A stretch of 28,395 nucleotides of DNA from assembly GCF_006345805.1 (NCBI RefSeq), contig NW_021827520.1:1-28395 (forward strand). Reading direction: 5' to 3'. Under the pieces are notes generated by a model. The model was not told where the DNA came from, searched no databases, and saw only the letters and a program-made list of their open reading frames with translations. Numbering within the stretch: the stretch's first letter is position 1; every line of letters starts with the position of its first letter. The DNA comes from Octopus sinensis. Taxonomy: Eukaryota. The position numbers and the translations under genes were made by a program. Shown here in pieces: positions 1-11,522 of the stretch.

Positions 1-1007
1 TATGCTGGCCATTGATAAAATTTTTTTTCGAAAAAATTTTATCCTACATTAGATATATATATATATATATAATATATATAATATGTATGTAACTGGGCAC
101 ACGTGTGCTTGCGCGCGTACGTTTGAGGGGGTGAGAGTGGGAGAGAGAGAGAGTACGTGTATATGCGTGTGAGACATTTGGACACATACTTGAGGGCAGT
201 ATTTCTGTCCGATGGTGAGGGTATTTTCAAAACTAGATAGAGGCCGAGGGGAGGATGGGTGAAGGGACAGGGGGAGGAGGGAAGGAGGGGCTATTCTATC
301 ATACCCGCTCATCCCCCTTGACATCCTTGTAGGAGTACAAGAATAGAGCAATCACTGAATGTATTAGCGATAGTGTAGGGATGCGGTGGTAATTCGAAAC
401 CCTATCCTCCACGTGGATGGAGTAGCATAACATACATCCCCCAGATGTTTGCCTTAACCCCTAGCACACGCAAACACACACCCACACGCACTCGCACACA
501 CATACGCACACACATAATACATACATACTTACACACACACACATAGACACCATTGTGTACATACACACGCGGATACACTCACACGGATACACGCGTACAC
601 ATGCACACCGATACACAGACACACACACACAGAAACACACATACACACACACGCACATATATATGTATAAACACACAGAGATATACACGTCTAAATATAA
701 ACACAGATATACATACACGCATACACACTCACAGACACACACACATACACTCTCTGATGCATACACACACACGCGCGCACACGCACACACACAAATACAA
801 ACACACACACAACACACACAACACACGTGTCGACACGGAACGTAAAAAAATGACACTCCGTGTCTTTAATTTAGATGTTTATTATCATTGTTGTTGTTGT
901 TATTAGTTTTGATGTTGATGGTGTTGTTGTTGTTCTTGTTAATGTTATTGCTGTTGTGGTTGATGTTATTGTTTTAATTATCATTATTGCTTTTGTTGTT
1001 ATCTTTC

Positions 1008-1230
1008 CTCTTTTACCTGTTTCAGCCATTAGACTGCGGCCATGCTGGGGCATCATCTTGAATTTTATTTCTAATCGAATGAACCAACCCCAGTCCTTAT
1101 ATTTTTTAAGCCTAGTACTTATTTTATCGGTCCATTTTACTGAGCTGCTTAGTTATGGGGTCGTAAACACACCAACACCGTTTGTGAAGCGGTGATGGGG
1201 ACGAGCACAAACACAAAGACATACACACAT
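1008..1230 (-). mobile_element. SINE family 2, solo 3' module
   Basis: Similar to 1700-1905 and 9250-9455 (ctgaaacagg/gcatggccgcagtc ends); no adjacent head. Confidence 0.75.
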
Positions 1231-1435
1231 ACTTGTATATACACATACATACATAGATACATACATATATAGATACATGCATACACATATTGTTATGATA
1301 TTTCGTGTTTGTATTTTATATTATTGTATTTTGTTCGATTTTTATTGTTAAATTACTTATTTTCATGTCTATTTATTTTTTCTTACAAGATTATATACGT
1401 ATATTAATTTTTTAAATTTTTATTGTTTTTATCTT

Positions 1436-1518
1436 GGACCTGAAGAGTGACTACATTTAAATTGAATTTATTTTACTGTTATCAGTTTGAAAATATAGCT
1501 ACGAAACACGTGTCGTCC
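1436..1518 (+). ncRNA. Minimal type I hammerhead ribozyme motif (Penelope-like architecture)
   Basis: Stem I GGAC(1436-39)/GTCC(1515-18); core CTGAAGA(1440-46); stem II 1447-58/1491-1502 (10 of 12 pairs, including one G-U), extendable by 1459-65/1482-88; GAAA(1503-06); palindrome ACACGTGT(1506-13); GTC cleavage triplet 1512-14. Confidence 0.8.
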
Positions 1519-1699
1519 TTTTCCCAATTCTATACTTTTTATTTATTATTTTGTACTTTGCTTAATTATTGGTATATTTTATCGTATACCAATAATTAAT
1601 GTTTTATTTTTTTCGATATGGTATAATTTAATTACATATTTTTTATTTCATTGTTAAATTGATAAAAGGTGGTTTTTCTCTAATTTATATATATATATA

Positions 1700-2101
1700 C
1701 TCTTTTACTCTTTTACTTGTTTCAGTCATTTCACTGCGGTCATGCTGGAGCACCACCTTTAGTCGAGCAAATCGACCCCGGGACTTATTCTTTGTAAGCC
1801 CAGTACTTATTCTATCAGTCTCTTTTGCCGAACCGCTAAGTGACGGGGACGTAAACACACCAGCATCGGTTGTCAAGCAATGCTAGGGGGACAAACACAG
1901 ACACACAAACACACACACATACATATATATGTATACATATATACGTCAGGCTTCTTTCAGTTTCCGTCTACCAATCCACTCACAAGGCATTGGTCGGCCC
2001 GGGGCTATAGCAGAAGACACTTGCCCAAGATGCCACGCAGTGGGACTGAACCGGACCATGTGGTTGGTTAGCAAGCTACTTACCACACAGCCACTCCTGC
2101 G

Positions 2102-2103
<2 letters not shown>
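1700..2103 (-). mobile_element. SINE family 2, complete bipartite copy (tRNA-like head, internal microsatellite, 3' module)
   Basis: Minus-strand start ggcgcaggagtggctgtgtggtaag (A-box-like) and ggttcagtccc (B-box-like); matches 25401 and 8855-9455. Confidence 0.85.
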
Positions 2104-2152
<49 letters not shown>

Positions 2153-2157
<5 letters not shown>

Positions 2158-2310
2158 AGGTTTTCTTCGGTTTCTGTCTACGAATCCACTCATAAGGCTA
2201 TGGTTGACTCGAGGCTCTAGTAGAAGGCACTTGCTGAGGGTGCCACGCAGTGGGATTGAACCCGGAACCATGTGTTTCGGAAACAAACCTCTTACCACAC
2301 TTCCACGCAT
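2153..2310 (-). mobile_element. SINE family 2, solo head module
   Basis: Diverged copy of 1943-2103, separated from it by (TA)n at 2104-2152. Confidence 0.8.
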
Positions 2311-2530
2311 GGCTGTCATTTTTGTTGTGTAATTGTTAGTTTTGTTGTTGATGTTATTGTCCTTTTATCTTTTATTTCTCTTTTATATATGTATTAGGTT
2401 GGTGCATAACTTTTGCGGCTTTCTTCAACAAATTTTATTCAGCAAAAACAAAAACAATATGTGTTTTTGCCCAACCAAAAGATTCACACATACTTCTTCA
2501 CTTGACATTATTATTAAGGCGGAGAGCTAA

Positions 2531-2913
2531 GGTGGACAGCTGGCAGAATCGTTAGCACGCCGGGCGAAATGCTTAGCGGTCTTTCGCCCGTCGCTACGTT
2601 CTGAGTTCAAATTCCGCCAAGGTCCACATAGCCTTTCATCCTTTCGCGGTAAATTCCCTCAAAATTGTAAGCCTTGTGCCTACAGTAGAAAGGAGAGCTA
2701 AGGCGGCGAATTGGCGGAATCGTTAGCACGCCGTGCGAAATGCTTAGCGGTCTTTCGCCCGTCGCTATGTTCTGAGTTCAAATTCCGACGAGGTTGACTT
2801 TGCCTTTCATCCTTTCGAGGTCGATGAAATAAGTATCAGTTGGACACTGGGGGACGATGTAATCGACTATCTACCTCTCAGAAATTTCAGTCCTGGTGCT
2901 TGTAGTAGAAAGG
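2531..2913 (+). mobile_element. Two tandem SINE family 1 copies (2531-2691 internally deleted; 2702-2913)
   Basis: Head ggcggcgagctggcagaatcgttagc, B-box-like gagttcaaattcc and central gcctttcatcctttcg. Direct repeat ggagagctaagg at 2521-2532 and 2692-2703 flanks the first copy. Confidence 0.85.
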
Positions 2914-2927
2914 ATTATTAGTATTAC

Positions 2928-3203
2928 TGAGTGAGAGAGCAGTGCATGCAATCAAAGTGACTCTGGGGTAAAATATACAAAGCCCAGTATACTCATCATG
3001 ACTACCCATCTGATCGTCAGCCACTAAGGGACATGCTCATCTGGTTAAGGTCAAACAACTGACAAGCAAATCTGTGGTATTGAGCAGAATATTTGCTGTA
3101 GCCCATCTTTTATAGCAAGACAAAACAATGTACATGATAATACTTCCAATCAGTTAAGATCAGAAGCCATGAGAGTCAGTGCCTGGTACTGCATCAGGGC
3201 ATT
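2928..3203. mobile_element. (ATT)n-embedded non-coding interspersed element, copy 1 (internally deleted)
   Basis: Shares tgagtgagagagcagtgcatgc start and cgtcagccactaagggacatgctca block with 3324-3745; ATT repeats on both sides. Confidence 0.75.
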
Positions 3204-3245
3204 TATTATTATTATTTATTATTATCATTATTTATATTATTATTA

Positions 3246-3309
<64 letters not shown>

Positions 3310-3323
3310 GTTATTATTATCAT

Positions 3324-3745
3324 TGAGTGAGAGAGCAGTGCATGCCATCAAAGCTCAATATACCCATCATGACTACCCGTCTGATAAGGGAACACTAGGC
3401 AGATGCATCACAACCATATGTTCGCGGCATGGTGATCTCATATCAAGATAAACAGCACATGACCTTGCAGGTGAGGTCCAATTAGAATTTTTTTCTGGTC
3501 GAGTAACTCATCCCGCTGAAAAGGTCCCTGTAAAAGTGCTGTTTAAGGATTTTGAACGAAACACGCATGTTTCCAGAGGTGAATTGTTCAAACCCCAAAG
3601 AATCCCTCACAACACATGGCTATGATGCTTCCCCGCTACTTCTACTCGTGATCAGAGATGCACATATCGTCAGCCACTAAGGGACATGCTCAACTGGTTA
3701 AGGTCAAACAACTGAAAAGCAAATCTGTGGCATTGAGCAGAATAT
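3324..3745. mobile_element. (ATT)n-embedded non-coding interspersed element, copy 2 (right-truncated)
   Basis: Homologous to 2928-3203; flanked by long ATT tracts. Confidence 0.75.
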
Positions 3746-3750
3746 TATTA

Positions 3751-3789
<39 letters not shown>

Positions 3790-3955
3790 TATTATTATTA
3801 TTATTATTATTAATATCATTATTATTATTATTAATATCATTATTATTATTATTAATATCATTATTATTATTATTATTATTATTATCATTATTAATATCAT
3901 TATTATTATTATTATTAATATATTATTATTAATATTATTATTATTATTATTATTA

Positions 3956-3996
<41 letters not shown>

Positions 3997-4300
3997 ATCA
4001 TTATTATTATTATTATTATTATTATTTTATTATTATATTATCATTATTATTTATTATTATATTATTATTATTATTATTTTATATTATTATTATTATTATT
4101 ATTCAGTAGTTTTATTTTTATAGCGTGCTTTCACTTCACTACCGAGCGCAGCTCTGTGTGCCTTGGGTATGTGCTGTGATTTGTTGTGATGCTCTGATGG
4201 TTATTGTATGGAAAGTGTTGTTATTATTATTAATTATTATTATTATTATTATTATATTAATTTTATTTTTATTATTATTTTATTTTATTTTCATTATTTT
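3745..4300. repeat. (ATT)n microsatellite tracts
   Basis: Long ATT runs at 3745-4110 and 4220-4300. Confidence 0.95.
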
Positions 4301-4759
4301 CCCTTATGGCAGCTCATTTTGATCTAATTTAAACACCTCTCATATCTCTCTTAAGAGAGTGGCCTAGGATGTACAAATTGAAAGTTATGAAACGGCTTCT
4401 TTTAGATATATCCGAAATATTTCTTAATGAATTCATTTAAAAAAAAACAAAAACAAAAAACAAAAAAACAAGAACATCTAGAATGTTCTACTGATAAAAT
4501 AAGAGTTAAAATACCTTGCGGGTATTTTACGGGTTAATAAGACACATATGAATCGTCCAAGCATATAGACCTAAAATCGTCTAAACGAGCCATTTATTCG
4601 CGAAGTTATTAGATTAATCGGAGGTGTGAGCAATCTGTCTTTGCGAATGAAAATATATATATAGGAAGAGCGAGCCTCGAATATACGATGTAAGGAAACA
4701 TGAATGTATTTGCCGAAGGCTATTCACACGGTATATCAGCAGGTTATGACCTCTATATG

Positions 4760-4791
4760 CATATATGTATATATTCATACATACGTACATT

Positions 4792-4865
<74 letters not shown>

Positions 4866-5023
4866 CAGAGACAGAGAGAGAGAGAGAGAGGGGGAGAGAT
4901 AGATAGATATAGATTTATATACATATGCACACACATAAATACATGCATACGGTTACATATATGTGCATACATACATATACAAAGAGAGAGACACGGAGAG
5001 AAAGAAAGAAAATAATCGATAGG

Positions 5024-5076
<53 letters not shown>

Positions 5077-5130
5077 GGATGGATGGATGGATGGATGGAT
5101 GGATGGATGGATGGATGGATAGATAGATAG

Positions 5131-5180
<50 letters not shown>

Positions 5181-5235
5181 ATGGATGGATGGATAGATGG
5201 ATAGACAGAGAAAGAGATAGACAGACAGACAGAGG
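4760..5235. repeat. Compound microsatellite (TA)n/(GA)n/(GATA)n/(GGAT)n
   Basis: Directly visible repeats. Confidence 0.95.
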
Positions 5236-5741
5236 CAGGGAGAGACGTTGGTACACCACAGCATAGCGAAAATATATGAAGCTTTGTGTATAAAAACTTT
5301 GCTAAGTACAGGTGGTTTAGTGTAAGGAACCATCCCACCATCCCTGGACCAATTAAAGGGCCACACACACTGTTGTATCTGGGATCTGTTTACTTTGTTT
5401 TTGTTATTAATTCAGCGTAGCTGTCTGGTAAATTGATCTGGTACATAATAATTGGACAGACAAAAATCATGTTGATTGAACTGTAGTGTGATGGGAAAAA
5501 CTGACTGTCTTCTTGCCCGCTGCCCCGACATATGTGTGAAGATGTGGAGATGTGGAGATGTGGAAATGTGCGATGGCTAGGGTAATGAAAATGAAGGTTA
5601 TTACGAGGGGGTAAGAGAGAATGGTGTGCGGGTATAGTAGGATTGGATGAGGGAGAAGGGATTTATAATTAAAAATTAGAAAATGAAGAGCTCGCGAGAG
5701 ACGAAGAAGAATGAGAGACAGAGAGACAGAGAGAGAAAGTA

Positions 5742-5772
<31 letters not shown>

Positions 5773-5901
5773 ATGAGAGAGAGAGAAAAGAACAGAGTTA
5801 TGAACATACGCGAATAACAGTGGTAATAGTTCTTGATACTGAATCTGGACAACCTTAATTGAGGACACACATACACACACATAAACACACGCACATGCAT
5901 G

Positions 5902-6097
5902 TATGAAGGGGTGCTGAAAATTTTCAGGCCTTGGGTAAAAGAAAATACAGGAGGATCACTCAATTATGATTTTATCCAACATATTCCACTCTCAGATTCA
6001 CACTCTCATTGCAGCGGTCCTTCAGTTTTTCTTAGCCCTATAAAAGAACTCGGTAAGTTGGTCCTTAAAGCCTGGAACTTTTCAGGACCTCACCATA
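5902..6097. mobile_element. Mariner/Tc1-like MITE
   Basis: Imperfect terminal inverted repeats (TIRs): 5902-5933 tatgaaggggtgctgaaaattttcaggccttg versus the reverse complement of 6066-6097, 24 of 32 identical. TA at both ends; no coding capacity. Confidence 0.75.
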
Positions 6098-6390
6098 TAT
6101 ATGTATATGTATATGTCACAGGTTCCGAGGTTATAGTTCATCACCATTTCCTATTGTTCTGCTCTGTTACAACCAAAAATAACACTGACGAGTGTAGCAT
6201 TATTTCTCTAGGTCATCCAGTTCTTCTCAACCGATCAATGGGCAGATTGAGTAAACCTGTTAATAACAAACCTATAATGACCTCTAGAAACAGCTGTAAG
6301 TGAACTTTACTGCTCGGGACGTAGAACAGTAAATTTAACACCATCAAACAAAAGAGTTTGTTGAACAATAGACTGCTTTACTAGCCATTA

Positions 6391-6497
6391 AATGCTGCTG
6401 CCGCTGTGGCTACTGCAGCTACCGTTGATGCAGCTGCTGCTGCGGCAGACGTCGACGACGACGACGATGGTAATGATGATGATGATGATGATGTTGA

Positions 6498-6531
<34 letters not shown>

Positions 6532-6643
6532 GGTGGTGGTGGTGGGGTGGTGGTGGTGATGATGATGATGATGATGATGGTGGTGATGATGATGATGACG
6601 ATGAAGATGATGACGACTATGATGATGATGATGATGATGGTGG

Positions 6644-6675
<32 letters not shown>

Positions 6676-6714
6676 GTGGTGATGATGATGATGACGATGA
6701 AGATGATGACGACT

Positions 6715-6746
<32 letters not shown>

Positions 6747-6830
6747 AATGACGATGATGATGACGATGATGATGATGATAATGACGATGATGATGACGAT
6801 GATGATGATGATGATGATGACGATGATGAT
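6391..6830. repeat. Trinucleotide low-complexity tract (GCT/GAC/GAT/GGT)n
   Basis: Directly visible; explains the poly-D/M/H/I ORFs. Confidence 0.95.
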
Positions 6831-7019
6831 CCTTTCTGAAAGACGAGACCTGAAATTTTTCATTCGCGCCGGACGACAATTCGGAAAATAAATGAATGCG
6901 TCATTCAACGTTTCCGATATGAGAGGCGACGAATTTTCGTTCGAGTATGTTATCTCGGGACGTCGAATACGGTAGAAGCTGCCGGCCTATTAACGGTGTA
7001 TATACATTGCGTATGATAT

Positions 7020-7312
7020 ACACAGGAATATATATATACATATCTACATGTATATACCTATATACATATGTACATATATACACACACACACATACATACA
7101 TATATATATATATGCACACACATATATATAATATATATATATATATATACATATGCATATATATTTATATTATACACACACCATAACATATATATAATCT
7201 ATATATATATACACTACATACATATATATACGTACAAATATATATTAAAGATATATATACGCATATACATATATACATATATGAATGTATATACATGTAT
7301 ATATACATATGA

Positions 7313-7356
<44 letters not shown>

Positions 7357-7545
7357 TATATATATATATTTGAATCTATATATGTATATATGTACGTGGA
7401 TAAGTATATATGTATATATGTATAAGTATGCATGTATCTGTATAAAACTTTCGAAACACTTAGCTTTAGTTTTCAGACTGCACTGGATTTCGGTTCGTCC
7501 AATAATCACCCACAGGTTACACGTACGTACACATAAATACACAGA

Positions 7546-7605
<60 letters not shown>

Positions 7606-7862
7606 AAGCACGCAAGATATACCTATTTCTTTTAAACGTTTCGAATTCCTAGCAAATAACACACTCTCTCTGCTTAATACAAATTCCAAAACTTTTCCCC
7701 TTAAAAAAATAAGCGAAAAGAAATAGATATCCAAAACTACAAAAGAAACACAAACGGAGATGAGACGGGGTTGTGGCGAATGAGCAAACGCATTAAGAAA
7801 AAGGCTCCATTTTGTGTTCAAAACATTCCTAACAAGATAAGATGTAAATAAATACATAAATA

Positions 7863-7915
<53 letters not shown>

Positions 7916-7920
7916 ATATT

Positions 7921-7951
<31 letters not shown>

Positions 7952-7959
7952 GATATTTA

Positions 7960-8003
<44 letters not shown>

Positions 8004-8530
8004 GTATATGTATGTGTATATATATGTATATGATATATATATATGTATATATATATGTATATGTATATATATGTATGTCTATATAGATATGATATGTATA
8101 TGTATATGTATTATATATATATACATATATATATATATATTACATTCATATATAGTGTACATATATATATATAATATAGAGATTGAGAGGAGAGAGATAT
8201 CTGTATATGTACGTATACATACATACATGTATATATATGTATATATATACATACATACACTTATATACATATATATGAATATATATATGAATGACTATAT
8301 ATATATATATATGTCTGTGTGTGTGTTTGAATGCATGTGAGGCATGTATAGTCATGCATATTTCTCTATGTATAAATGCTGTATATATGCATATATGTAT
8401 ACATGTGCATGTTTCTATGTATTTATACACATGCGCGTATATATATATGTGTGTGGTGTATATGTATGTGTGTATGTATGTATCTATGTATAAGTATGTA
8501 TGTATCTATGTATATGTATGTATGTAGGTA
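7020..8530. repeat. Degenerate (TA)n/(TATG)n tracts with a (CA)n run at about 7547-7601
   Basis: Directly visible, interrupted by short unique segments. Confidence 0.9.
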
Positions 8531-8854
8531 TGAGAAGTAGTACTCCAATAACGGTTTTTTTGCCTGACAATTTGCGTACGTTTTTTTAATGTGTTCTAAA
8601 CAGATTGAAAACAAAAACGATATTCGCTGGAACTAAGACGGGCGGTCGTGGGGGTTACAGATGACTAATAAAAGAAACGGTGACAGCTATATCAGTGCAC
8701 GCATTGCCCTCTTCAAATCCTGATATCGTGATAGGTTCATAGGCTGGCAATGTCAGAATATCGAGTGGTGCTGAAACAGGGCTCGATTCAGCATATACGA
8801 TTGGCGAAATATGGCAATAAATGTTTTGAGCTCTTCAGCTGAAAAGAGTGGAGT

Positions 8855-9015
8855 ATTTATGTCGACGTATGCATAAGTAGCTTGTTTGCTAACCACATAG
8901 TTTCGGGTTCAGTTCCACTGTGTGGGGCCTTGGAGGAATGTCTTCTACTATAGCCTCGGGTCGGTCAAAGCCTTGTGAGCGAATTTCGTAGACGGAAACT
9001 GAAACAAGCCCGTCG

Positions 9016-9047
<32 letters not shown>

Positions 9048-9089
9048 TGTATGTATGTATGTATGTATGTATGCATGTATGTATGTTTG

Positions 9090-9132
<43 letters not shown>

Positions 9133-9133
9133 T

Positions 9134-9213
<80 letters not shown>

Positions 9214-9455
9214 TGTATGTATGAATGTGTTTGTGTTTGTGTGCGTCTGTGTCTGTGTGTGTCTGTGTTTGTTCACCCCACCATCACTTGACAACCGATG
9301 CTGTTGTGTTAACGGGACAGCAACAGGCACTGATACAATATGTACTAGGTTTACAAAAAATAAGTCATTCGGTCGATTTGCTCGACTAAATCTCAGTAAG
9401 GCGGTACTCCAGCATGGCCGCAGTCAAGTGACTGAAACAAGTATAAGAATAAAAC
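8855..9455 (+). mobile_element. SINE family 2, bipartite copy with expanded internal compound microsatellite
   Basis: Head 8855-9016 matches 25401-25540; (TATG)(TATC)(CT)(TA) tract at 9017-9225; 3' module ends ctgaaacaagtataagaat. Confidence 0.85.
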
Positions 9456-9644
9456 TTTTTTATGATCTATGTACACCTCACGAAATAATTTCGTCAATCG
9501 GATTTCAGCTGGATAATAGAACTCATTATGCTCCTCTGTGATGCTGCACAAAGTGGTCTGCTGGCAGGATCTACTAGAGGAGCTTTCCGTGATAGGCATA
9601 TGATTCTAATAATCTATATACTACACTACAAACATAAATTATGC

Positions 9645-10000
9645 TCGTATGTATGTATGTATGTATGTATGTATGTATGTATGTATGTATGTATGTATGT
9701 ATGTATGTATGTATGTGTGTGTATATATGTACGCATATATGTATGCATGAGCGAATATATGTATATACATGTGTGTGTGTCTCTGTGTGTATCTGTGTGT
9801 GCATGTATATGTATGTATGTTTATCAATTAGTGTCTGTATCTATCTATCTTTCTATATATGTATATCTATATATCTATCTCCTGTTTATATATATATACA
9901 TATATATGTATATATGTATACATATATTACATATATACACACATATATATACGTAATACGTATATGTATGTATATATATAATATATATTATATATATGTA

Positions 10001-10042
<42 letters not shown>

Positions 10043-10079
10043 TATACATATATACATATATACATATATATACATATAC

Positions 10080-10112
<33 letters not shown>

Positions 10113-10120
10113 CACACACT
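9645..10120. repeat. (TATG)n/(TA)n degenerate microsatellite
   Basis: Directly visible. Confidence 0.9.
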
Positions 10121-10449
10121 ACCTGGAACCTAATGGAAATCTAAAAGAGGAAAGAAATATAAACAGCTGACAAAATTAATTCACACCCAGCTCCCCATCA
10201 TCTTTTACTAATTCCTAATTAAAGAATTGACAACCAAACTTCATCACAGCTGCCGGGGTTGAATAAAAATATATCTAGAAAAGTTTAGAAACAAAGCAAT
10301 TTATTCTATAAACACTCTTTCGTTTAAAATTCACAAAAGGATTGAAACGTCTTGAAATAATTATGTAAGATACACGCTTGCTATTACCGTCAAAAGAATT
10401 GTTTCATTAACTTCGCAGAAAGTCTTTAGATGTCAAGGTCATGGTTTGA

Positions 10450-11115
10450 GTGGAATAGATGAATAATGTGACGGAAGAATAGTAGAATAATGAGATGGAG
10501 GAATAGCTGTATAACATGATGGGTGAATAGCATAATAATGTGGTGTGCGATTTGCAGAATAATATGAAAGGAAAATAGCAGAAGAATGGGAGAGTAATGT
10601 GATGGATGAATGGCAGATTAGTGTTGTGGGTGAATAGAAGAATGATGTGATGAAGAATCAGTAGAATAATGCGATGGACGAATAATATGATGAGTGAATA
10701 GAAGGATAATGTGATAAGTGAAAAACAGAATAATGTGAAGGGAGAATAGCAGAATAATGTTAGGGATGAATAATAGAATAATGTGATGTGTGAGTAGCGG
10801 AATAATATGCAAGGAAAATAGCAGAATAAGATGATGAAAAAATAGCAGAATAATGTGGTGGGTGAATAGAAGGATAATGTATTAGGAGAATAACAGAATA
10901 ACGTGGAGGAAGAATAGCAGAATAATGTTAAGGATGAATAGTAGAATAATGTGATGTGTGAGTAGAGGAATAATATGTAAGGAAAATAGCAGAATAAGAT
11001 GATGAATGAATAGCAGAATAATGTGGTGGGTGAATGGGAGGATAATGTGATGCATGAATAGCAGATTAATTGTGAGGGTGAATAACAGAATGATGTGATT
11101 GACGATTAGCAGAAT
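10450..11115. repeat. 24-bp minisatellite (agaataatgtgatgggtgaatagc-like)
   Basis: Unit starts at 10751, 10775, 10799, 10823, 10847, 10871, 10895 and 10919; the 8-aa HHIILLFT periodicity in the minus-strand ORFs reflects this. Confidence 0.9.
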
Positions 11116-11475
11116 CGGTATGGCTCGGGAAGGAAACCTTAGTTTTTTTTTTTTTTGCTCCATTATTGAAAATCGAAGCTCTTACCCATTCGGCCGTCCT
11201 GTGCATCTGTACGAAAATAATCATCTAACGATGAAGAAGGTATCACAGTTCGATATGACTGACTTTAATATAGAAGGTGGGCCCCATCCGTCTAGTATGG
11301 CAAATTTCAAATGAATAAAATGAAACAGTAAAAATTGATTACTTCATAATCAATTTTTAATACCACATCCGAAGTTTTCTCAATACAATTTTATCTAAAT
11401 ACGAATATTTTTTTTATTTGTTGCTGTTTGTCCAAGGTTAAACCTGCTCTAGACGACCTGTTTTCAATGGTATTT

Positions 11476-11522
<47 letters not shown>

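Noticed and set aside
14-43. Near-palindrome gataaaattttttttcgaaaaaattttatc
   Set aside because: It is low-complexity A/T sequence at the window edge with no context to interpret it.
5240-5368. MCGPLIGPGMVGWF on the minus strand, superficially like an MFS transporter motif
   Set aside because: The similarity is only a few residues, there are no convincing splice sites, and the ORF runs into GATA repeats.
5899-6303. 134-aa non-repetitive ORF
   Set aside because: It starts inside the mariner-like MITE TIR and has no transposase or other motif.
10450-11115. CRISPR-like regular repeat
   Set aside because: The units are contiguous with no unique spacers, and the context is eukaryotic with no cas genes.
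11160-11205. Minus-strand tRNA A-box-like ggacggccgaatgggtaagagc
   Set aside because: There is no anticodon stem, B-box or acceptor stem.
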